From: Archaeoglobus fulgidus DSM 4304
GTDB taxonomy: Archaea > Halobacteriota > Archaeoglobi > Archaeoglobales > Archaeoglobaceae
DNA length: 32,000 bases
Direction: 5' to 3'
Assembly (NCBI RefSeq): GCF_000008665.1
Contig: NC_000917.1
Span: 1,830,001 to 1,862,000 of the forward strand
Part shown: piece by piece, positions 1 to 8,292 of the stretch
How positions within the stretch are numbered: position 1 is the stretch's first letter
Layout of the letters: each line of letters starts with the position of its first letter
Translations under genes and position numbers: made by a program
The notes under the pieces: model-generated
The model's input: only the letters and a program-made list of their open reading frames with translations
Databases searched by the model: none
Told to the model about the DNA's origin: nothing

Positions 1-130
1 AGAACTCTGAAGTCACTTAACAGCCATTTCAAAAGCTGGATTTAAACTTTTCTCTTGTTTGCTTCCGTGCTGGTGCTGCCCGCTAAAACGAATGATAACT
101 CTCATCACTTTAATTGTTATGATGGGAAAA

Positions 131-138
131 CTTTTTAC
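131..138 (+). promoter_or_regulatory. putative TATA box (CTTTTTAC) 23 nt upstream of the GTG start of the PAS sensor gene
   Basis: AT-rich octamer in 'gggaaaaCTTTTTACctgacg'. Its spacing to the start at 162 matches the TATA-to-start spacing at other first genes in this window. Confidence 0.3.
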
Positions 139-161
139 CTGACGCATCAAAGTAGAAAATA

Positions 162-2180
162 GTGAAGAATGAGGTGAGCAGGAAAAGCATAACCGAAGCC
201 GATGACGAGACTCTTAAGATAATAGCGGAGCGCAGCCCAGACCCAGTCCTGATTCACGATGGTGAGAGAGTTCTTTACGCCAACCCCAAAGCGTTAGAGT
301 ACGTATCCGCCGAAGAGCTGATGAAAAGAAAGCTGGTCGAGTTCATTCACCCCGACTACAGGGCGATTGCTGTCGAGAGGATGACCAAGGTCATGAAGGG
401 CGAGAGTGTGGAGCCCTACGAAGAGCTTTTTGTCCTTCCAGACGGTAGAGAGGTGTGGCTCGAAACGAACCCTACTCCCATAACCTTCAGAGGCAAAAGG
501 GCTGTTTTGCTCATTCTCCGAGATGTTACTGCGAGAAGAAGAACTGAGGAGAGGTACAGGGATTTCTTCGAGAACTCGTTGGACATAATAGCGGTGACTG
601 ATCTCAAGGGAAACTTCGTGGAGGTTAACAGAGCCTTTGAGGAGGTCTTCGGCTACTCCAGGGATGAGGTGAGGGGAAGAAACTTTGCGGAAGTCCTGAA
701 ACTCAGCAAGGATGTGGCAGAGGAGATTTTCAGGAGCTACAACAAAGCTTTCAGAGAGAGAAAAAATGTTTACGGGCTTTTGTTCAAGGTCAGGCGAAAG
801 GATGGGAAAGAGATAATCGTTGAAGGCAACGTAAGGCTTTTGTGGGAAGGAAGCAAAGTCAAAGGGTTCGTGGGGAACTTCAGGGACGTGACCGACAGGG
901 TCAGGCTGGAAGAGAGGCTGAGGGAGAGCCAGGAAAGGTACAGATCTATTTTCAACTACTCACCCCTCGCCATCATCGTGTTCAACGACAGGGCTGAAAT
1001 AGTAGATTGGAACAAGAAGGCTGAGGATATTTTCGGCTGGAAAAAGGAGGAGGCTCTTGGAAAAAATATCATCGAGCTGCTCGTTCCGGAGCATTTGAGG
1101 GGAGAAATTCAGCTAATCGCGGAAAGAATCCTGGAGGGAGAGGTTTACACGCACTCGATAAACGAGAATTTAACGAAAGACGGTAGGGTCATAACGTGTG
1201 AGTGGCACAACACGATTTACAGGGACGCAAAAGGGAGGATTTACGGCCTCTCCATTGTCCAGGACATTACTGATAAGATAAAGATGGAGAGAAAGTTGAA
1301 AGAGAGTGAAGAAAGGTATAGAAGCGTTTTTACGCATGCTCCAGTTCTTATTGCAATTTTGGACAAAGATGGGCGGTTCGTTGAGGCGAATCCCGCAATG
1401 GTGAAAAGCATCGGAGAAAATCCGGTTGGAAAAGAGCTCTCCGAAATTTTCCCAAAGGACGTCGCGGAAAGGAGGCTTAATCATTTGAAGAAAGCACTCG
1501 AAGAGGGGGAGCTGGTTGAGTTCGAAGACGAGAGGGGCGGAAAGTACTTCATAAACTTCTACCTACCCCTCGAGCTTGAAGGGGAGAAGCACTGTCTGGT
1601 AATAGCCCAGGATATCACCGAACTCAGGAAACTGAACAAGCTGCTCAGAGAAATGGTCGAAGTAAATGAAGCCATAGTCCGAATTGGCGAACGTGAGGAA
1701 CTGGTGAAGAAGATAGAAGAGATTCTTTCAGACTACTCGGCGAAGATTAGAGATAGCGGGCAGGGAGAGTGCCTGGAAATCAGGTACGGTGATAAAACCT
1801 ACGGTTATCTATGTGTTGAGAACGTTGACGAGGAGATGAAACCCCTGTTGAAAGCCCTCACAGATGACCTCGCATTTGCCTTCAAATCAATGGAGGATGA
1901 GGAGAGAAGGGAAGAGCTGCTCAAACAGCTTGTTGAGAATATCAGAACGATAGCATACCTTGTTGACAGGATTAGGAATCCGCTTGCTGCTATCAGAGCT
2001 TTTACCGAGCTTTTTGTTGATGATGAAGAGGTCAGTAAGAAGATTATCCAGCAGATAGAAAGAATTGTGGACATCGTCGAGAAACTCGACGTTTCCTGGG
2101 CAAATTCAGAAAAAATTGCCAGAATGGAGAAGGAAATTTACGACCTCTCAAAAATAGAAAAGAAGTTCAAAAAAGATTAG
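162..2180 (+). CDS. multi-PAS signal-transduction protein: four PAS repeats, a short GAF-like segment and a degenerate HisKA/DHp-like C-terminus, with no ATPase domain
   Basis: 672-aa ORF with a GTG start. Four repeats each open with 'ERYR.(F/I)F' and end with '(R/Q)D(V/I)T'. The C-terminal 'LVDRIRNPLAAIRAFTELF' resembles a histidine-kinase H-box, but Asp sits where the His is expected. The ORF ends about 65 aa later without N/G1/G2 boxes. Confidence 0.8.
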   Translation: MKNEVSRKSITEADDETLKIIAERSPDPVLIHDGERVLYANPKALEYVSAEELMKRKLVEFIHPDYRAIAVERMTKVMKGESVEPYEELFVLPDGREVWLETNPTPITFRGKRAVLLILRDVTARRRTEERYRDFFENSLDIIAVTDLKGNFVEVNRAFEEVFGYSRDEVRGRNFAEVLKLSKDVAEEIFRSYNKAFRERKNVYGLLFKVRRKDGKEIIVEGNVRLLWEGSKVKGFVGNFRDVTDRVRLEERLRESQERYRSIFNYSPLAIIVFNDRAEIVDWNKKAEDIFGWKKEEALGKNIIELLVPEHLRGEIQLIAERILEGEVYTHSINENLTKDGRVITCEWHNTIYRDAKGRIYGLSIVQDITDKIKMERKLKESEERYRSVFTHAPVLIAILDKDGRFVEANPAMVKSIGENPVGKELSEIFPKDVAERRLNHLKKALEEGELVEFEDERGGKYFINFYLPLELEGEKHCLVIAQDITELRKLNKLLREMVEVNEAIVRIGEREELVKKIEEILSDYSAKIRDSGQGECLEIRYGDKTYGYLCVENVDEEMKPLLKALTDDLAFAFKSMEDEERREELLKQLVENIRTIAYLVDRIRNPLAAIRAFTELFVDDEEVSKKIIQQIERIVDIVEKLDVSWANSEKIARMEKEIYDLSKIEKKFKKD

Positions 2181-3790
2181 CGGGAGTACATCTGCTTCAG
2201 GACCTTCTTGTCTATCTTGCCGACGCTCGTCTTCGGTATCTCATCGACTATTTCGAATCTGTCAGGCACAGCCCACTTGGTAATCTTGCCCTCTTCGACA
2301 AACTTCATGAGGTGAGCTCTCAGCTCTTCAGGAGTCGGCTTCTCTCCGGGCATTGGGACGATGATGGCGAGCGGTCTCTCACCCCACTTCTCATCCGGGA
2401 TGCCGATAACTGCAACCTCCCTCACTTTGGGATGCAGGCTCAGCAGGTTTTCGAGTGTCAGCGTGGAAATCCACTCTCCTCCGCTCTTCACAACATCCTT
2501 GAGCCTGTCGACAATGGTGATATAACCCTCCTCATCCATGACCGCTATATCTCCAGTGTGCAACCATCCTCCCTCCCAGAGCTCCTTTGTCTTCTCCGGA
2601 TCTTTGAGATAGCTGTCAGTCAGCCACGGTGCTCTGACCACAACCTCTCCCATGTCCTGCTCGTCCGGCTTCACGTCAGTGAAATCGTCATGCACCACCC
2701 TGACATAAACCAGCGGGAATGGTATGCCGGTCTTGATTGACAGCTCAACCTTGGTTTCCTCATCGACGTTGAGCAAGTGAGGCTTGAGGAACCCTCCAGT
2801 CAATATTGGGCAGGTCTCGGACATTCCGTAGCCCGCCATGGTTATTATGCCCTTCTCCCTCGCCCTCAGAGCAAGTCCTTTCGGCAGCTTAGCTCCTCCA
2901 ATAATCATCTTCCAGCCGGGGAACTTGAAGCCCTCTGGCAGATTGTCAACAATCATCTGTAGAATTGTCGGCACGCAGTGGGAGTAAGTTACCCCTTCAG
3001 TCATGACCAGCTTGACAATCATCTGAGGCTCGTACCTGCCCGGATAGACGTGCTTGTGGCCGAGCAGCCACATCATGTAGGGCACTCCCCACGCGTGGAC
3101 GTGGAACATCGGCGTGAGGGGCATGTAAACGACCTCATCTTCCTTCAGCCTCAAAACCGACCTGTAGCCGGTCATTGCTATACAACCTGCGAGAGTGTGG
3201 AGAAAAAGCTTTCTGTGCGTGAACCAGACCCCCTTCGGCCTTCCCGTAGTGCCGGTGGTGTAGCTCAGCGTTGCCATCGTGTTCTCATCAAAGTCCGGGA
3301 AGTCGTAGTTGGGGCTGGCCTTCTTCAGCATCTCCTCATACTCTACGTCAGTAAGCTTCGTTTCGGGCATTGTGTCGTCTGTCATAACAACATATTTCTT
3401 CACGGTGTCGAGCTTGTCCGCAATTGATTCTATAAGCGGTACGAAGTCCTTGTAAACCAGAACCACCTCATCCTCGGCATGCTGCATCGTGTAAAGTATG
3501 TCCTCGGGGCTTAACCTGACGTTGACCGTATGCAAAACCGCCCCCATCATGGGGATAGCGAAGAAGCATTCCAGATAGCGGTTCGTGTCCCAGTCCAGAA
3601 CCGCCACCTTCGTTCCCTTCTTTACGCCAAGCTCCTCAAGAGCGCTTGCCAGCCTGTGAACTCTCTCGTAGATGTCTCTGTAGGTGAACCTCTTCAAATC
3701 TCTGTAGACGATTTCCTGCTTTGGAGCGTACGTCACACCGCTCTCGAGAATGTGCTTCAACAAAAGCTGGTAGTTATATGCCTCACTCAT
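2177..3790 (-). CDS. AMP-forming acyl-CoA synthetase (medium/long-chain fatty acid-CoA ligase family)
   Basis: AMP-binding signature 'LSYTTGTTGRPKG', 'GYGMSE', 'WLHTGD' and C-terminal 'PKTSVGKIDKK'. I prefer the ATG at 3790 because it is preceded by GAGGTGG with a 4-nt spacer. The ORF track starts one codon earlier at a TTG (3793). Confidence 0.85.
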   Translation of the reverse strand: MSEAYNYQLLLKHILESGVTYAPKQEIVYRDLKRFTYRDIYERVHRLASALEELGVKKGTKVAVLDWDTNRYLECFFAIPMMGAVLHTVNVRLSPEDILYTMQHAEDEVVLVYKDFVPLIESIADKLDTVKKYVVMTDDTMPETKLTDVEYEEMLKKASPNYDFPDFDENTMATLSYTTGTTGRPKGVWFTHRKLFLHTLAGCIAMTGYRSVLRLKEDEVVYMPLTPMFHVHAWGVPYMMWLLGHKHVYPGRYEPQMIVKLVMTEGVTYSHCVPTILQMIVDNLPEGFKFPGWKMIIGGAKLPKGLALRAREKGIITMAGYGMSETCPILTGGFLKPHLLNVDEETKVELSIKTGIPFPLVYVRVVHDDFTDVKPDEQDMGEVVVRAPWLTDSYLKDPEKTKELWEGGWLHTGDIAVMDEEGYITIVDRLKDVVKSGGEWISTLTLENLLSLHPKVREVAVIGIPDEKWGERPLAIIVPMPGEKPTPEELRAHLMKFVEEGKITKWAVPDRFEIVDEIPKTSVGKIDKKVLKQMYSR

Positions 3791-3890
3791 CAAACCACCT
3801 CTTTACTATCATTGATACTCAACCTAATTATGAGTATAAGAAAATTTTGGTAATTTCTGCAATTTCCATTACAATTTTTGGCAACCAAAA

Positions 3891-3898
3891 CTTTTAAC
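3891..3898 (+). promoter_or_regulatory. putative TATA box (CTTTTAAC) 20 nt upstream of the M24 peptidase ATG
   Basis: 'ccaaaaCTTTTAACcagaggagcgaacttgtactATG'. Confidence 0.35.
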
Positions 3899-3918
3899 CA
3901 GAGGAGCGAACTTGTACT

Positions 3919-5010
3919 ATGATTGCCGAGTTTCTCAGGAAGCACAGCGCAGACTTCATAATCCTCCACGGCTCAAGCAGCAACGCCAACTTCTACTACG
4001 CAACCAAGTTCAAAACCTACGACCCCCTCACCTACATTGCCGGCATTGACGGCTCCGACATTCTAATTGTTCCTGAAATGGAGAAGAAAAGGGCCGAGAG
4101 GGAAAGCAGGGTCAAGGAGATTGTCTCGCTCAACGATTTGGGCTACATGGAAAAGCTGAAAGAGCTTGGAGATGCGAAAAAAGCTTACCTCGAAATCCTT
4201 GTGGCGATTTTGAAGGAGGGAAGATGCAGAAAGCTCCTAATCCCAGAGGAGATGCCAACTTACATCTCCTTCGAGCTGATGAAGCACTTCGAGGTTGAGG
4301 TGGTGAAAAATCCCTTTTCAACGCTGAGGATAATCAAAAGCTCCTCGGAGGTTGAAAAAATAAGGGACACGAGCAACGCAATACTCAGATGCGTCAAGTG
4401 GGCAGTTGAGAACTTCAGCTTCAGAACCTGCGAGGGGATGAGGAGGGCAATTGAGCTGAAGCTTTTTTCTGAAGGCTATCTGGCAGAGAACACGATATGC
4501 TCCACCGGAAAAAGCTCAGCCGACCCCCACGAAATTGGGAAGGGGGAGATAGAGGAGCACGTCGTTCTTGACGTCTTCCCCAAGAGCCTTGACCACCTCT
4601 ATTATTCCGACTTCACGAGGACCCTCTTTGTGAGAGAAAACGCAGAGCTTGAGGAGATGTATAAAGCGGTGGTGGATGCACAGGAAAAAGCCCTTTCAAT
4701 GATAAGAGATGGTGTTGACGCAAAGGATGTGCATCAGGCGGTAAAGGACACGCTGAACAGCCACGGCTTTAAGACGGAAAAGGGAGAGGGATTTATACAC
4801 TCTACGGGACACGGAGTAGGCCTTGAAGTTCACGAGGAGCCGAGAATAAGCGAGCTGAGCGTTGAGCTGAAGAAGGGGATGGTTGTTACCGTTGAGCCGG
4901 GCCTCTACTACTCGAAAGTTGGAGGGGTGAGGGTGGAGGATACGGTTGTTGTGAGGAAAAATGGATGTGAGGTTCTCACTCCCTTCGAGAAGTTCATAAA
5001 GCTCTACTGA
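3919..5010 (+). CDS. M24-family metallopeptidase (Xaa-Pro dipeptidase/aminopeptidase type)
   Basis: M24B metal-ligand pattern: 'VLDVF...YYSDFTRT', 'HSTGHGVGLEVHEEP', 'VTVEPGLY', 'VRVEDTV'. Confidence 0.8.
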   Translation: MIAEFLRKHSADFIILHGSSSNANFYYATKFKTYDPLTYIAGIDGSDILIVPEMEKKRAERESRVKEIVSLNDLGYMEKLKELGDAKKAYLEILVAILKEGRCRKLLIPEEMPTYISFELMKHFEVEVVKNPFSTLRIIKSSSEVEKIRDTSNAILRCVKWAVENFSFRTCEGMRRAIELKLFSEGYLAENTICSTGKSSADPHEIGKGEIEEHVVLDVFPKSLDHLYYSDFTRTLFVRENAELEEMYKAVVDAQEKALSMIRDGVDAKDVHQAVKDTLNSHGFKTEKGEGFIHSTGHGVGLEVHEEPRISELSVELKKGMVVTVEPGLYYSKVGGVRVEDTVVVRKNGCEVLTPFEKFIKLY

Positions 5011-6365
5011 CTCTTTGCCGGCATAATGAAATCCTTTGGTGCTGATTCGATGGGCTCAAGGTACTTCCTCAGCACTCTGGGAATCTCCACCCTCCCATCC
5101 TCAAGCTGGAAGTTCTCGATTATGGCTGTGATGGCTCTTGTAGTGGCGATTGCGGTGGAGTTGAGAGTGTGTACGAATCCCTTGCTCGGCTTCCCCCTCT
5201 CCTCCGCAAACCTTATGTCCAGCCTGTAGCTCTGCCAGTCCGTGCAGTTGCTGCAGGAAACCATTTCCCTGTATTTTGCCTGAGCGGGCATCCACGCTTC
5301 GAGGTCGTACTTCTTTGCCGCTACAATGCCTAAATCGCCTGTGCAGATGTTAACGATTCTGTAGGGGATGCCCAAGCCCTGCCACAGCTTCTCCACATTC
5401 TCTATCAGCTTCTCATGCCACTCCCAGCTCTGCTCAGGAAGGCAGAAAACGAACTGCTCCACCTTGTTGAACTGATGAACTCTGAAAATCCCCTTCGTGT
5501 CCTTGCCATGCGCCCCGGCCTCCTTTCTGAAGCAGGGCGAGACTCCTGCATAGAGCAATGGAAGCTCTCTCTCCTCCAGAACCTCCCTCATGTGCATCGC
5601 AGCTATTGGATGCTCGCTTGTGGCTATAAGATAGAGGTCTTCATCTTCAACCTTGTATATGACCTCCTCAAAGTCGCTGAAGGCCGTGACTCCGCTGTAA
5701 GCCTCTCTGCGCATCATGTAGGGAGGAGAGACTATTGTGAAGTCCTCCTTTCTCAGAAAGTCAAGGGCGTACATTGTTAAAGCGAAGTCCAGCCAGACGA
5801 GGTCGTTCAGCAGGTAGTAGAACCTCGCCCCCGCAACCTTTGCCGCCCTCTCCAGATCAGCCCAGCCGAAAATCTCAACGGCATCAGCATGACCGATAGG
5901 TTTGACGTCCGTAACTTCATACTCCGCCATTCCCTGCGTCATCTCAACAAAGGCATCAACATCCTCGAAGTAGACCTTCGCCTTCCCCCAGTACTTTATC
6001 GGAACGTTTTCACTGTCGTCCTTTCCAACTGGCACGGACTCGTGGATGATGTTTGGAATTGAAAGCAGAACTTCCTCAAGCTCCGCCTCAAGCCTCTTCA
6101 GCTCCTCCTCAGCCCTTTTAACCTCTTCAGATACAGCCTTTGCTTCCTCGATGACCTTTGCCCTCTCTTCCCCCTTTGCCTCCTTCACAGCCCTCGCCAG
6201 CTCGTTTCTCCGCTTTCTCAGCTGGTTTACCCTCTTAAGCTCTTCTCTCCACTTTCTGTCCAGCTCAATAGCTCTATCAACAATATCAACGCTCAAACCC
6301 CTTCTTCTCTGAGACTCGTAAAGAATTTCCGGGTTTTCGCGAACAGCTTTAAGAATGCTCCACAT
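5004..6365 (-). CDS. serS: seryl-tRNA synthetase
   Basis: The N-terminal coiled-coil arm ('RRRGLSVDIVDRAIELDRKWRE...') is followed by a class II catalytic core ('FRKEAGAHGKDTKGIFRVHQFNKVE', 'LNSTAIATTRAI'). Confidence 0.95.
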   Translation of the reverse strand: MWSILKAVRENPEILYESQRRRGLSVDIVDRAIELDRKWREELKRVNQLRKRRNELARAVKEAKGEERAKVIEEAKAVSEEVKRAEEELKRLEAELEEVLLSIPNIIHESVPVGKDDSENVPIKYWGKAKVYFEDVDAFVEMTQGMAEYEVTDVKPIGHADAVEIFGWADLERAAKVAGARFYYLLNDLVWLDFALTMYALDFLRKEDFTIVSPPYMMRREAYSGVTAFSDFEEVIYKVEDEDLYLIATSEHPIAAMHMREVLEERELPLLYAGVSPCFRKEAGAHGKDTKGIFRVHQFNKVEQFVFCLPEQSWEWHEKLIENVEKLWQGLGIPYRIVNICTGDLGIVAAKKYDLEAWMPAQAKYREMVSCSNCTDWQSYRLDIRFAEERGKPSKGFVHTLNSTAIATTRAITAIIENFQLEDGRVEIPRVLRKYLEPIESAPKDFIMPAKSQ

Positions 6366-6387
6366 CAGGATAAGTTAGGGTGGCTTG

Positions 6388-6397
6388 TTTATAAAAA
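6388..6397 (-). promoter_or_regulatory. putative serS TATA box (TTTTTATAAA on the minus strand), overlapping the stop codon of the upstream heme O synthase gene
   Basis: Minus strand reads 'TTTTTATAAAcaagccaccctaacttatcctgATG', giving 22 nt between the box and the serS ATG at 6365. Confidence 0.45.
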
Positions 6398-7234
6398 TAC
6401 GCCTAAAAGCAAAGAAAAGTAAACGAGTCCAAGGGTCATGCTCGCCAGCTTGTACATCTTCCTCGCCTTCACCCTGTCGGGAGAGAGGGCGAACTTCACC
6501 GCCTTGTAGAGGAAGAAAGCTACTGCAGAGGTTGAGATAACGAGGTAGAAGATTCCCAAGGGAAGCAGAACGTAAAGGCTCGCAGCCAGCACGAGCATTG
6601 CTGCGGTGGCAAAAACGATTGCCCACGAAGCCCTCTCCATGCCGACAACGAGGGGATACATTGGGATATTGGCCATCCTGTAGTCCTCCTCGTAGTGCAT
6701 GGATATGTACCAGATGTGAGAGGGAATCCAGAGGAGAACGATGGCAGCTATTATGAACCCCGGCAGCGTGAAGCCCTGCACAGCTACCCAACCACCAAGG
6801 GCAGGCATAGCCCCCGCAAAACCTCCCAGAACGATGGAGTAGGGACTCTTCCTCTTCAGGAGGATTGTATAGACAACGATGTCGAAGAAGAGCCCGAAAA
6901 ACACAACTAAACCGAACTCAAGGCTTACAAGGAATGCAAGCACCTGCCCGATGGCAAAGATTGCAGCGCCAAAAGCTGCACATTCGGAGGGCTTTAAAAT
7001 TCCCGCTGGAACCGGCCTTTTTCTCGTTCGAGGCATTATTGCATCTATATCCCTGTCAAGCCACATGTTGATGGCGGTGGTTCCTGAAATGGCCAAGAAC
7101 ATTGAGATTGCAGCGATGACGAAGTTGAAGTCTGCCCCTCCACGGGCTACGATATAGGAGACTAAGAAGGTAATCATTAACAGGAATGTTTGTTTCGGCT
7201 TCGTTACCTCAATGAGGGCCTTTAGCTTTTCCAC
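6389..7234 (-). CDS. cyoE: protoheme IX farnesyltransferase (heme O synthase), UbiA prenyltransferase family
   Basis: Polytopic membrane protein with 'NMWLDRDIDAIMPRTRKRPVPAG' and 'EEDYRMANIPMYP'. This is the CyoE/CtaB/COX10 form of the UbiA motifs rather than the DGGGP-synthase form. Confidence 0.8.
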   Translation of the reverse strand: MEKLKALIEVTKPKQTFLLMITFLVSYIVARGGADFNFVIAAISMFLAISGTTAINMWLDRDIDAIMPRTRKRPVPAGILKPSECAAFGAAIFAIGQVLAFLVSLEFGLVVFFGLFFDIVVYTILLKRKSPYSIVLGGFAGAMPALGGWVAVQGFTLPGFIIAAIVLLWIPSHIWYISMHYEEDYRMANIPMYPLVVGMERASWAIVFATAAMLVLAASLYVLLPLGIFYLVISTSAVAFFLYKAVKFALSPDRVKARKMYKLASMTLGLVYFSLLLGVFL

Positions 7235-7296
7235 ATAGAAAATTTAGTTTGAGGGCAAAAAAGTTTTCGGAATTTATCGATTAACAGCAACCATCG

Positions 7297-8238
7297 CTAA
7301 TCAAAGTGCCTCGAATTCAGCGTTATCTCCTCCTCTTCAATGCCTGCATATCCCAGCCTCTCGGTTATCACAATATAGGCCATCTCAGGCGGTATCGCAC
7401 CGATTTCGGTTATGATAACATCAATGTAGTCCCGCGGCGTCACGTCGAAGGCAGGATTTCTCACCTTCACCCCCAGCTTCAGAATCTCCTCAGGAGCAAC
7501 CTCTCTTGCATCCCTCTCCTCGATAACGACGAGCTCACCGAAGAGCGTTTTCGGGCTGAACTTGTAGGTCTCTGCAGCGACCATGAAAGGTACCCTCGCC
7601 TCCTTTGCCGCTAAGGCTATCTGAGATGTGCCGATTTTGTTAATCAGGGCTCCATTGGCAGTTATGGTGTCAGCCCCAACCACAACGCAGTCCACCTCGT
7701 TGATGAAATACCTGACAGCTGAGTCAACGATGAGAGTAACCTCAATCCCCGCCTCCCTCAGCTGCTTTACCGTCAGATGCCCCTGCCACCTCGGCCTTGA
7801 TTCTGTTGCTATTACCTCCACCCTCTTGCCGTTTTCGTGGGCCTTCTTGATAACAGAAAGGGCTGCTGAGGAGTTGCAGTGCGTCATAACGGTGTAGCCG
7901 TCCTTTATCCTCTTCTCCCCAATCTCCCCAATCTTTCTCTGGGCAGTCTCAACCCAGTTTATGAACTCCCTTGCTCTCCTTATCACACTCTGCCTCTTCT
8001 CCTCAACGCTCTCCCCGCTGTAACGCATGACGTAGTTTATGGCGTTGTAGAGGCTCACGGCAGTTGGGCGAGTGTTGAGGAGAGTTTCCGCAGCGAACCT
8101 CATCTCCTCGTCAAACTTCTCGTCAGAGGCTTTTTCGGCGAATTTCATCAGAGTTTCCGCAGCGAACCTCGCAATTCTTGCAGCACCTCTCACCTCCATG
8201 CTCCTGATTTTTTCCGCAGCTTCGAGAACTTCTTCCAT
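7297..8238 (-). CDS. eIF-2B alpha/beta/delta-like protein, probably ribose-1,5-bisphosphate isomerase
   Basis: 313 aa. 'RPTAVSL', 'THCNS', 'ESRP..QG', 'VGADTITANGALINKIGT', 'AAETYKF' and 'NPAFDVTP' recall the Thermococcus R15P isomerase group more than MtnA, from memory. The substrate call is inference. Confidence 0.7.
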   Translation of the reverse strand: MEEVLEAAEKIRSMEVRGAARIARFAAETLMKFAEKASDEKFDEEMRFAAETLLNTRPTAVSLYNAINYVMRYSGESVEEKRQSVIRRAREFINWVETAQRKIGEIGEKRIKDGYTVMTHCNSSAALSVIKKAHENGKRVEVIATESRPRWQGHLTVKQLREAGIEVTLIVDSAVRYFINEVDCVVVGADTITANGALINKIGTSQIALAAKEARVPFMVAAETYKFSPKTLFGELVVIEERDAREVAPEEILKLGVKVRNPAFDVTPRDYIDVIITEIGAIPPEMAYIVITERLGYAGIEEEEITLNSRHFD

Positions 8239-8255
8239 GTGTTCAATTTTTTCAA

Positions 8256-8275
8256 AGGTTAAAGAATTTTAACCT
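8256..8275. promoter_or_regulatory. palindromic AT-rich element (AGGTTAAA-gaat-TTTAACCT), a candidate shared bidirectional TATA region
   Basis: 8-bp arms with a 4-nt spacer. The centre (8265.5) lies 27.5 nt from both the ATG at 8238 (minus) and the GTG at 8293 (plus). Confidence 0.45.
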
Positions 8276-8292
8276 GAAGCAGAGGTGGGAAC

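Noticed and set aside
1-45. Frame-1 reading 'RTLKSLNSHFKSWI*' as the C-terminus of an upstream plus-strand gene
   Set aside because: Only 14 codons are visible, with no recognisable motif. It cannot be supported from this window.
92-142. Possible C/D-box sRNA: ATGATAA (92-98) ... ATGATGG (119-125) ... CTGA (139-142)
   Set aside because: Both C-like boxes carry mismatches to RUGAUGA. There is no CUGA-like D' box at the expected position, where TAAT occurs instead. The C'-D spacer is 13 nt rather than 12. There is no terminal stem. The segment also coincides with the putative TATA region of the PAS gene.
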